DNA of 51,846 nucleotides, the filler included, from Bipalium vagum (lineage: Eukaryota): assembly GCA_037834085.1 (NCBI GenBank). It is 3 parts of 3 records of this genome, joined end to end, with 100 filler letters (N's around TTAATTAATTAA, not from the genome) between each part and the next. Parts side by side here need not be neighbours in the genome. Positions count along the whole stretch, not along the records: positions 16,447 to 34,914 come from JBBMKC010028481.1; positions 35,015 to 51,846 come from JBBMKC010091185.1; 1 more part is not named here. One strand, given 5' to 3'. This document shows, piece after piece, positions 24,470 through 35,088 of the stretch (within the stretch, counting starts at the first letter, position 1; each line of letters starts with the position of its first letter). The position numbers and the translations under genes are program-made. The notes below the pieces were generated by a model, which saw only the letters and a list, made by a program, of their open reading frames with translations, was not told the origin of the DNA and searched no databases.

Positions 24470-26540
24470 GTTTGCACCAAGTCCATGGTTAGTCGCTGTA
24501 AAATGAAAACCAGACTCCAATAAACGGGCCTGTCCGGGTCAGTCCATTGCCAAAACCTTCTCGTGGTGGAGTTGTTAACCTGAATAGGGACCAACTTGGC
24601 TGTAGTTAGGGTTGGGGGATACGCTGGTTGATAGCCGCGTAAAAGCCGACCCAGGGATAGGGTGGTTACAGGGGGCGCATCGACCCTGTAATCACCTGAA
24701 ACACGTACTCGGTTTTGGCAGGGTACACAACTTCGTGCATTCATGGAAAGTTCACTACTATTAATTTAGCAAGCATTCATGGGCGTTCAAGACAAAGACG
24801 AGTCTGAAGCGTCGCACGGAGTTGAGGTTCGGTGTACGATCTGCCCAAGGGTCTGCAAAGGCCTGCGGGGTTTGGGGGTGCATATGGCACGCGACAGAAA
24901 GCAAGGAAAAATTCCGGTTAAGACATCGTAAGAGCTACCGTTGAAAGAGAATCCTCTTTCAACTCTGAGCCGGTTGTTGGTGATGCGGCCACTATACCAG
25001 TGGTCGTGTCATCTCCGCCGGCAATGAAGGAAAAAGTTGTAAAGAGGAGAAACGTCACGAAAGACGAAATAGCCGGCTTTATTCAGGTCGAGGCGCGTCT
25101 GAAAGTACAGGGCGTTCAGGTTATCACTTCGGAGATGCTTGGGCGGATCTGTGGCAGGACGGGTAAGTGCATCACGTTTAACCGAAAGGGGACTGATTAC
25201 CAAGTTGCTTTGGAGAAGGCGATTTGTGATTTACAGACCGAAGAGAGAAGGAAGGCAAACCTCGCGCGCGATGACCTTGATATTTTACCTGGAAGTCTAG
25301 AGATATTAGACGGCAAGTGGACGACGGATGCGGGATTCTTGGAATTCCTACGATCGATGAAGAAGTCGACTAATGACGATAAGTGGGGCGAGAACCTACT
25401 TGACGAGGCGATCGATGTTCCCGGTAGGTTGAGTGAGCCGGTAGAACAACAGGCCACAGTGTTAGTAGCGTCATATAGTAAGGCGGGTAAGCAGAGAACG
25501 AGATGGGAATGCCAACCATTTGAGGAAAATCCAGGGGAACGTAAGAGGGTGCGGAGAAAACGGTATCGGCTTTGGCTGTTCCGGAATATCCAAGCTCTAT
25601 CTCAGATCGACAGAGCGAAGGCCGCACGGCTGGTATGCGATGATGAAACGGAGCGGGTCTATGTTGACACTCCCAATGTCGATCTGTCTTCCCTGACCGA
25701 TTATTGGAAGGCTGAGTTTGAGCAGCTCTCTGACCCTGAGTTGAGTGTTAGTAATAAACCATCGGACGAATGGTTAGGGTCTCCCATAACTCCTGAGGAG
25801 TTAAGAATGGGGCTGAAGCTTACGCCTAATCGAACTGCATGTGGCCCGGATGGGCTGTCTGCGAGACTGGTGAAGATCATACCAGACAGAGTTCTGCTGA
25901 AGAGGGTGAACCTGTATCTGATTGGGAGTTTCCTTCCGAAGATTCTCAAGGACGCGAGAACGGTGCTCATTCCGAAAGTTCAATCCCCTACTCACGGAAG
26001 TGACTTCCGACCTATATCGATCTGCTCCGTTATTGCACGAATCCCTAATAAGATCCTTGCCAGGCGAATCTCTACGGGGGTTCAACGAGCAGAAGGGGTT
26101 CTTACCTCCGGACGGTTGCCTTGAGAATATCTCAAAACTGAAAGGTATTATGGATAGGGCAAAGACCGACTCTGGTAGAGTCTATTTAGCGTTTCTAGAC
26201 ATGAAGAACGCGTTCGGATCCGTAAATCATGGGTCGCTCATCTGGGCGGCGAGGGAAAGAGGAATCCCGGAAAGGGAGATTAAGTATGTCACCTGTAATT
26301 ACAGTGGTGCGATAACGCTAGTTAACGGGGTTATCGTAGTAATCAACCGAGGGGTGAAACAGGGAGACCTATTGTCACCAGTCATGTTTAACAACGTCAT
26401 GGAATCTGCAATTAGTACGGTTAGAGAGCGCATGCTAGGACCTTTGCTGGGGGAGGTAACTCCAATCCTGGCCTATGCGGACGATATAGTTGTTTTCGGA
26501 ACTACCGAACAATATATCAGTAATAGATTCTCCGACCTCT
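24470..26540 (+). mobile_element. R2-clade non-LTR retrotransposon, 5'-intact and 3'-truncated, frameshifted
   Basis: This GC-rich island encodes a zinc finger CTICPRVCKGLRGLGVH (ORF 24779-24931) and a Myb-like KRRNVTKDE...EARL...GRTGKCI...Y. RT motifs are TACGPDG, ARTVLIPK, FRPISI, QKGF, AFLDMKNAFGSV, GVKQGD and AYADD (26471-26485). It ends before the endonuclease. Confidence 0.9.
24513..24600 (+). ncRNA. Candidate HDV-like self-cleaving ribozyme in the R2 5' UTR
   Basis: P1 is GACTCC(24513-18)/GGAGTT(24568-73) with G1-U; P2 is GCCAA/TTGGC; P3 is ACC/GGT closing L3 TTCTCGT. GT follows P1', P4 is CCT-GAAT-AGG, and J4/2 is CCAA with putative catalytic C24591. Confidence 0.6.
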
Positions 26541-26812
26541 TTTTATATTATTTGCAGAGAACTAATTGTCTAGATTACCGACTTTATCGGTTAAATTATG
26601 AAAATAGTTTTGTTCTTTGACATTAGGCTATTTAATACTTCATCCCCAGAATTGTATTTATGTTATCTATAACATAATCATTTACGATAAGAGTTATTTT
26701 TTGAATACAATAAACTCTCAAAAGATAATCTGGAACTATTTCCAAGCCTATTTATAAAATTAAATGAAAAACTACTTCAAAGATCATAATTTATTAAATA
26801 TACATTAAAACA

Positions 26813-29165
26813 TTAATCTACGACACTAATGTCATTATAATTGAGAATCTTCCTAGAATAATACGATCGTCCAGTTTTCATATTCCTATTACCGAAATCT
26901 GCACGACCGTCATCTTTCCTGTAGCTGTTCTCTTTTCTCATATTTCGCGAAAATGTCAATGAATCAATACTATGGCCTTGATCAAACGATTTGTCTGATT
27001 TGAAAATCCGACATTGATTTTGATTGGGTCGATTAGAATGATGTTCTGGAAGTTGAGGTCGACGAGGATCCAGAATATAATTGTTGAAGAACTGCACGGT
27101 TTGTTTGACATTATCAACTCGATCATTGTATTTATTGAAAATGTGCTTTCTTACATACTCGGGCCCCTTAAACTTTTTCCCAGATAAGGGACATAGCCAC
27201 TTTTCACTGGATATTTCCTTAGTGTTGTCAGTGATAAACTTTTCAACAGCTTCATCAATATTTCTAACACCGAGCCTGGTTGCGACTTCAAAGTCCAAAT
27301 TATCGATCGAATCTAAAACCAATTCGGTTTTCGTTTCGAAACATTTCATATAATTTTCCAACTGGGCCTGACTCAAACGTTGATCAGGATACATCAAGTT
27401 TCCACGAGCATGAACGAGACCACATCGATTAGGCAATTGGTCCTCAATGTCGTACTCCGTATTGGAATAATAATCATATGAGTGCACAATTCTTAAATAC
27501 AACACCAATCGATCTAGAACCTGTGATAATTCATGGTCTTCGTCTAGCCGAATGTTTGACGGATCACTGCCACCGGTAATCGCTAAATTATTACTGATGT
27601 CACCACCAAGATACGCTTCCTCTTCATAACTGCCTTCATCGACCAGATGCTCAGTAATATTCAACAAAAGTGGGTTCACGTCATCCAAAGGAATCGCTCT
27701 CTGGTCTTCTGTTCCAGAGGAAGATGGTTCCCAAAGATGTCTTCGTTTATCAAATCGAACGACTAATTTTGCTGCATATTTGACATCTTGACGCATCACT
27801 GCCCGGTGATTCGTTACGGGATCAATGGGTCTAATTCTTTGCACAATTTCCTTGTTAATTACTGCACCAAGATCGATATCCATCAGTGGCGCTTTGTTCA
27901 GTTGCCACACGATGTTGTTAATGTCACTACTTCGCTCAAATGTAATCCACCCTCGTCGGAGAAAGTTTCGTTCGGGCATTGGGTCTTGCAATGCCATTCG
28001 TAAATATCCGGGAAATGGTTTTGCAAGCTGCAATTAAAATAAGATCAGGAAATAAATCAATATATAAAAATCAATACTTCTTCAATTTGAGACCGAAACA
28101 CACTTGGATGGATATTTCGTAAGAATATCGAGCAAGTTTTATGTAAAGGCCTTGGATCAATACAATCTTCAGTTAGTAAATCATCATTCATGCATTCTTC
28201 GACAGGCTCCGGTTCAGGTGTCAATTCTTTTTTCAGAATGTTCTTTGTGGATTTCCTTTTTCTTTTTTCGTTATCCTTAGAAAATATTTGATTTGTCTCT
28301 GTTTTATCCGAAATAATCTCAACGTCACTATCGTCAGGACTCGAAGTGTGAAAGTCATCCCAATTCAAACCATTCATATCATTCTGAAAATTATTGTTAA
28401 TCACTAATTAAAATTATTTTCATCAATAGACTGATTTACTTTCATATTGATCTTAATTTCTGTTCGTTGAGGTGATTCATAATTGTAAACGCGCTTCTCC
28501 AATACTTTAAGATCATTTTCATTGCCGCCTTCCAGTAGAATTGATACTGAAGTGATACTGTACATTAATTTTCTACTTAGAACATGAAAGCAAACTTACA
28601 GGAATCAAACAATTTAACCAATGCATCTTGACAATTGATATGTACCGAAACATCATGCAAATAATTATGTTCATAGAGCCACATGAATGCTTTTCGACGA
28701 TTTTCGACAGATTCCAATCGTTTTGTTTCCTTAGTGTTTGTATAATCAGGATGATATTTCTCCATAAACCATTCTTCGTCTTTGTGAGCTTCAAAAAACG
28801 ATTGCAACTGTTCGCAAGCAAATGATTCTTTATACTCATTATATTTGCGCATCGCATCTTCAACTAGAATGTTGTCATCTTGTTGATTTAGAAAATGTTT
28901 GAATAATAGCATTGGTGGCTGAGTTATTACATTAGTCAATTGGTCATTGTCATCTGTCTTGTTTTTAATGGAATGGTTTGATTTCTGTCTTTTTAATAAT
29001 GGCTCTTCCATCAATGTATCACTTATATAAGATCTTTTGGAAATTGGTTTTGTTAAAGAATTACCTACAGTTTATTTATGGTAAAATTATCACAAATATT
29101 ACAAGTAAACCTCGAGTTTGATCGGTTTTACGCCAATCAAGTATATCTGATTCAGAATCACTCAT
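26813..29165 (-). CDS. SRRT: Serrate RNA effector / ARS2, 5 exons (29165-29111, 29064-28600, 28546-28440, 28383-28078, 28027-26813), 715 aa
   Basis: Motifs are QPPMLLFKHFL, FFEAHKDEEWFMEKYHP, LEGGNENDLKVL, PRPLHKTCSIFLRNIHP, RRGWITF, YLRIVHSYDYY and WLCPLSGKKFKGPE. GT-AG introns of 46, 53, 56 and 50 nt give a continuous frame. Confidence 0.95.
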
Positions 29166-29966
29166 TTTATTTATTCAGAATATATTAAATAAATTACATA
29201 AACATAATTAAAAATTTACGAGTTAATAATACTGAGACAATTATATCTAAATCAAAATATCAAAATTGATATAATATACAAATTAGACATCAATTAATTT
29301 TAAAACAAATTTCATTTATTAAACTTAATAGTAAATATTTATAGTGAAAAATTTTAGTCTCTAACATCTTAAAATGTTTCATAAAAATTTCAGTTAAGTT
29401 AATTTAAAATATATTTAATTAGAGATAAAATTCATAGTAAATAATTTCATTTATCTTTTATCTCTTTTTAAAGATCATTTGACATATATCAAATTTTGTA
29501 AATTGTAGATTTTTTTTACTAAGGTGGAATACCAAGAAAATTTTTGGACCAGTAAGTATTAACTTATTACTAAGAATCTGGACATTTCTCATCTTCAGCA
29601 TTGATGAAACTCGTCTCGGTAAACTTCTCAACCGAAGGTTTTCATTAACGTTTGGGCTGGTATGAATATTTTTACCATTTTGACAGTGGATTTAACAAAC
29701 AATCAATAAATTTGATAGGAAACCATATTTACTTATTTCATATCAGTCACCATCGTGTTTTGCTTTTCATTACTTCATGAAAACTTTTTATTAGCAACAA
29801 TTATCTTTTATCATCCTTTAGAACTTAATATTATACACTAGTTCTAAACTAATTGATATATAAATTACACATTATCCATAAACTACACGACTTACGTCTT
29901 TTAAAATTTATGACACAATCTTTATGAACATAATTGATTGAAAAAAATAATTGACAAAATAAAGTT

Positions 29967-31245
29967 CAATGGTTTGAAACAAAGTTTCTGGACAAAAATT
30001 ATTTATAAAATAAATATTATTACATAATTATTGACTTCTATAATAATGTATATTTATTTATAGATAAGTTGTCTAAATAAACTATATTTCAGCTTACATT
30101 TCAATATATAAAATTTCCGAAAAATAAAATATAAATTGACATCTGTTACGAGAACACGTATGTCTTCTATTATTTTCTGATTACAAATCAGGTTTAAATA
30201 CTGGTCGATTCAGGAATTATTTCTTGGTTTACGACATATGAATGGTTTTCAAAATTCCGGAATGGGGAACTTGACCTTCAAGATAAACAAAGAATTGGTC
30301 AACCGTCAATTATCGACGATGACCTATTTCTGTCTCTGTCTAAAAATTTCCACATGTAACATCATGCTAGATTGCTAAGTTAATTGACGGTAGTCATACC
30401 ATGATTTAACGTTATTTGCATGTTTTTGGGAAAGTCATCAAACTTGACGTGTGGTTCACATATCAACTGACCAACCTCAATAGTTAACAGCGCATTGACA
30501 TATGGAAGATGCTATTATTCAAAAAAAGTCGGTATGATTGATTGTATAAAATTGTAACGGCTTATGAAAAGTAACGTTACTAGTCCAACATTTCACGCAA
30601 AAAAAGCTGATTGAACAAGTGTACAAATCCACAACCAAGTCATGACAAAGGTTGACTGACACCAAGAAAAGATAATTGTTTCTGTGTGGTGGAGTATGAA
30701 TAGTGTCATTGATTGGAAAATGTTAGGTCGAAATCAAATCGCAAATGCCGAATTATACTGTCAACAATAGCATCCTGCGTCAGATGCGATCGCACGAAAA
30801 TGTCCAGAAATGAAAAAAATAATAATACTCCGCCATAATGCTAGACCACATATTGGTCATTTCACCCATGAAAAAATTCTTCAGTTGGAGTGGAAAGTTC
30901 TTATACATCCACCTTATTCAACAGATTTTGCTCAGACAGAATTCCATTTATTCTGGGCTATGCAGAACTACCTAAATTCTAAGACGTTCTTAAATAATAA
31001 TGAATCGAAAGCAGCATTGGTGATTTTTTTAAAGTAAAACAATGTCTTTTTATAACCAGCGGATAAGTGATCTGCCACGTCGTTGGAAGCAAGTGATAGA
31101 GAACAATGACAATTATATAACTGACTGATATCTATTTTATTGTTGTTATATTACATTGTTTTATAAATTTTTAATTTGATAACCGTCTTATATTCATTTT
31201 TTCAATGAATAAATTTTGTAAGGAAACTTTGCTTCCAACACAATA
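29967..31245 (+). mobile_element. Mariner (DD34D) element, degraded
   Basis: It has imperfect TIRs (GTTTGAAACAAAGTTTC versus GTTGGAAGCAAAGTTTC on the reverse strand). Motifs are WFSKFRNGE, KIVTAYEK, HNARPH and HPPYSTDFAQTEFHLF. Confidence 0.85.
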
Positions 31246-31527
31246 GTTATAAATAATTGAATAATCGAAAATATTTATTTTTTGAAGTCATAATTTTATG
31301 AATTTACATTTTAATTTTTTTCAAATTATTATAATAGTAAACAATAGAAATTATAAATCACAAGACACAACAAAAGAACCTTTATAGTTTTAAGATCACC
31401 CATTCATCACAGAATCTTTAAATTCCTTTCACAGAAGACGAGTCAGTTTTAGTTTTCGAGTTTTCAATAATTATCGTATTAAAATTATTACCTTAAGCTT
31501 ACACTTTTTGTTAGTTTGATTTTATTA

Positions 31528-32775
31528 TAAGGTTGTAACATAAATTCGTACCTTTTTTATAGCTAAAAATCAAACACAATATGAAGAAATTTATACATTT
31601 ATTTAATATATATGTTCCATAACCTTTAGCCATCTTTGAGGAAGCTTTAGCAACCCATTCACCAAGAATTTATAATTTTTTCGCCTATGTATCGGTCCAG
31701 TTCGTTTTTACAGTCTTCTGAATTTTTGAAATTTTTTTCAGTAAGAAAATTTTTAAGGAATCTGAATAAATGAAAATAGGAAGGTTCCAGGTCAAACAAA
31801 TATGGTGGGTAATTTAGTTGTTCCCAACCAAGTTTTGCGATTTTTTGCTGTGTCATCAAAGACACGCAAGGAAAACAATAGCCTTCCGATACGCTAACGA
31901 AACTCTCTTCTAATATATTGCAGCTTTTAATCGATTCAACTGAGAACAAAATTTGATAAAATTTTAGGTCTGACCTTGTGAAAGGAGTTCATAAATTATT
32001 AAACCACTGGAATCCCACCAAATTAAGAGTATGGTTTTCTTTGAATGTAATTCCGCTATTTTTGTGGATTTTGTAGTTCATTTGATTTAGACAAAGACCT
32101 TTTACTTTTCAGATTCTAAAAACGACTTATTTTCATCGTCCGCATCTTTTAGATGGGTCGGCTTTGTTTCTTAAAAGTAAGGAACTACAAATGGAAACAA
32201 GAGCCATTAATTGCTTCTCAGTCAATTGATGATGTATCCAAAGATCATAACGATCGATGTACCCCAGTATCTTCAAAAGCCTTGACACCCTCATATTGAG
32301 TATCTTGAGTCTTTCCGAGATGGATCTTGTTGTGGAATTGGAATCCTTTTCAATTATTGATTCTATGGAATCATCATCCATGATAAGAGGCCTATCACAA
32401 CGCTTCCTATCTTATAAATCAAACATACCGCTTTTTAACTGCAAAAATCACCTGCACACTGAGCTCTTGGACACTGAATCATCTCCATATACGACGCAAA
32501 TCTTCCTCATTGTCTCCAAATAACTTTTACCTTTCTGGTAATAAAATAACAAGATTTCTAAAACTCATTTTAATTTTTTTGTTTCATTTTAAAATTATAT
32601 TAAATAATTTAAATCTTAAAAAATTAAATCGATAATTTTTTCAATTGATGCGTTGAAACAATAAATTTCAGAAAATGTATAGATATCTATTTATATGTTT
32701 ATTCAAGATATATGTCTCTTTATGATGTTAAAAAACAATTGTATAAAAACTCTACGATTTTATGCTACAACACAA
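31528..32775 (-). mobile_element. Mariner (DD34D) element, degraded
   Basis: TA-flanked TIRs read GTTGTAACATAAATTCGTA / GTTGTAGCATAAAATCGTA. Motifs are WIHHQLTEKQ and LGWEQLNYPPYLFDLEPSYFHLFR. Confidence 0.88.
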
Positions 32776-33059
32776 TATTTAGCTAAAGGAATTGGTTTAA
32801 AATTTTTTTTCGTTTATCATTTTTCTTTTTAAATTAAATTTTTTTAAAATTAAATTAATATTTCAAAAAATATACAGATTTAATTTTTTGCAATTATCAA
32901 TTGCTTAACATTTCAGCAACAGTAATATAAATAAAAAGTTGTAAATAGTTATATATAAATAGTTAAGCACATTCTGGAAGATTTTTAGTTCTCCAAAATC
33001 GATATGACTGAACGAGGAAAAGACATTGGTGTTAGAATTTAGAAAACCAAAAACTTTTT

Positions 33060-33450
33060 CTTTAAGTTTTTTAAAGGTCTTTAAAATAGATGATATTTGT
33101 AATGTTGAGAAATGATATTTGTACCTGAAGAAAGAAACTATAAGATTATTCTAACAGTAATAGAATTATGAACAAAATATACTTTTTTTTCTTTTAAAAA
33201 TAAAACGGGAAAATCTGTAACAGATGCTTTTGATAAAATATTTGAAGATTACCTAAGAAAACCTAATAAATTTGGTTGATAAAGGTACTGAATTTTAAAG
33301 AAACATCTGGGGATTTCTGTGATGCTAATGAAATAGAACTTTTTTCAACTAAAATAAGGGAAAAGATTTAATAAAAATTGGAAGAAAATGATGTTTAAAA
33401 TTTTTCGGAATAAGTAAACAGAAAATGGTTACATCTTTTACTTCAAAAAT
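33060..33450 (+). mobile_element. Polinton/Maverick-type retroviral-like integrase remnant
   Basis: The frameshifted segment NYKIILTVIEL.TKY...LKNKTGKSVTDAFDKIF...RKPNK..VDKGTEF...LFSTK matches the Polinton integrase pattern. Confidence 0.7.
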
Positions 33451-34661
33451 TAATTTTTATAAAAAAAAAAGATCAACTTGTATTTAAAGTTTATAACCTT
33501 AAATATTTATTTATATATAATTTTTTTAAAGGTTGTTCAAAATTTTGATAATTATTTATTTTTCATATTGGTTTATTAAATTTTGAAGATTGGTTTGATA
33601 TTATTATTAAAAATATAATTAAAATAAAATTAAAAAAAATTAACTAAAAAACATTGACCGTTTTTAATTAATTACTATATGCTTATAACTATTTGCATAG
33701 AAATTTTTAAATTTCAATCTATTATTTAAGATATTTATGTATGTGATCTAGATCAAAATTAAATTCTCTATCTCCTAGTATGATTTTCATTTTGATCCAA
33801 TCATTATTTCCGATCAAATTATTGATTTATCGTAATATCTCAGAAAATAAATTTAATGATAATTTTTTTTTATAATGATAATTATCAGTATATGATTCTC
33901 TATCTCACCACATAAGCATTTCCATACCAAGATTCATTGCTTCAATAAGATATTGACTTTTACATCTATTTTTTAACGATTTTTAACGCTTAACAACCTT
34001 TTTCTATAAGAGATATTGAGTTGAAATTTTATGGGTTTAAAGATTTGACTAAAGTAAAATAAATCTCACAGATTTTTTAGTTTTGAATATATTATTGATT
34101 TTAGAATTCAAGTGTCGCTTAATTAAACAGAAAATAAAATATTTAAAATTTTATTGAAGAAATGTTAAACTACATACAATTCGACCCTTAATATCTCGTT
34201 GAAACTTTATTATAGAAACTTCATAGTGCTTTTTCAAATGAGACATTTTTCATTTTTATTGGATAAATATTTTTTGTTTAATTAAAACAATAAAGTTCAA
34301 AATATAATATTTATTTCTTTATTATTAATTATAAAAAAATAAATAACTGAAATAACTGAAGCAAAATTAAAAAGTATTATTGATAAAGGAAAATCGAATT
34401 ATATAACTTTTAATGATAAACAATATTATTTAATAAAATATTAAAAAAAAATTTTTCAAAATTAGAAGTTAGAAATGGGAATATTTCAAATCCACTTATT
34501 GATCAATTAGAAGCACAGAAAATTAAAAACTTTATGTTGTTTTATAGGACTCCCTTGGAATTCATGAGTTAAAACTATAAGTTAAATTTGTACTTCATCT
34601 ATTTTAATTATGTTATAGTTCATAATATTAATAATAAACTAAAGAAAAATAATATCAATAG

Positions 34662-34914
34662 TGTTAAGATCCTAAGAGGGTGAATAAAGTGATGTTAAAT
34701 GATGGAGCTTAAGTTTAGCCTAGGTCTCAACGGTTTAAGGTTGTAATAGGTTGTGTTCGATAAGGTTATTTAAATACACTGAGATAACGATATAGGTTTA
34801 ATACTTTTATTAAAATCGAATTAAAATTTGAGATTACAAATGAGTGATACCAATTCTGACCGAATATGATTTTATTAATTACCGTTATTATTTATAAAAA
34901 CCCTCTCGCTCTTA
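34662..34914 (+). mobile_element. Family A LTR-like 5' part running into the assembly gap
   Basis: TGTTAAGATCCTAAG...TATAAAAACCCTCTCGCTCTTA is collinear with the copy at 1936-1667(-). Confidence 0.7.
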
Positions 34915-35014
34915 NNNNNNNNNNNNNNNNNNNNNNNNNNNNNNNNNNNNNNNNNNNNTTAATTAATTAANNNNNNNNNNNNNNNNNNNNNNNNNNNNNN
35001 NNNNNNNNNNNNNN
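34915..35014. other. Assembly gap with artificial spacer
   Basis: It consists of 44 N + TTAATTAATTAA + 44 N. Confidence 0.97.
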
Positions 35015-35061
<47 letters not shown>

Positions 35062-35088
35062 GAATAATAATAATAATAATAATAATAA
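35015..35088. repeat. (AAT)n microsatellite
   Basis: This is a nearly pure AAT run with one AAG interruption. Confidence 0.95.

Noticed and set aside
24513-24525. GACTCC as a remnant of the 28S target sequence GACTCTCTTAAGG
   Set aside because: The match is too short, and the flanks do not resemble 28S rDNA.
25009-28825. Antisense/overlapping short ORFs within the R2 element and SRRT
   Set aside because: They are shadow ORFs of genuine coding sequence on the opposite strand or in another frame.
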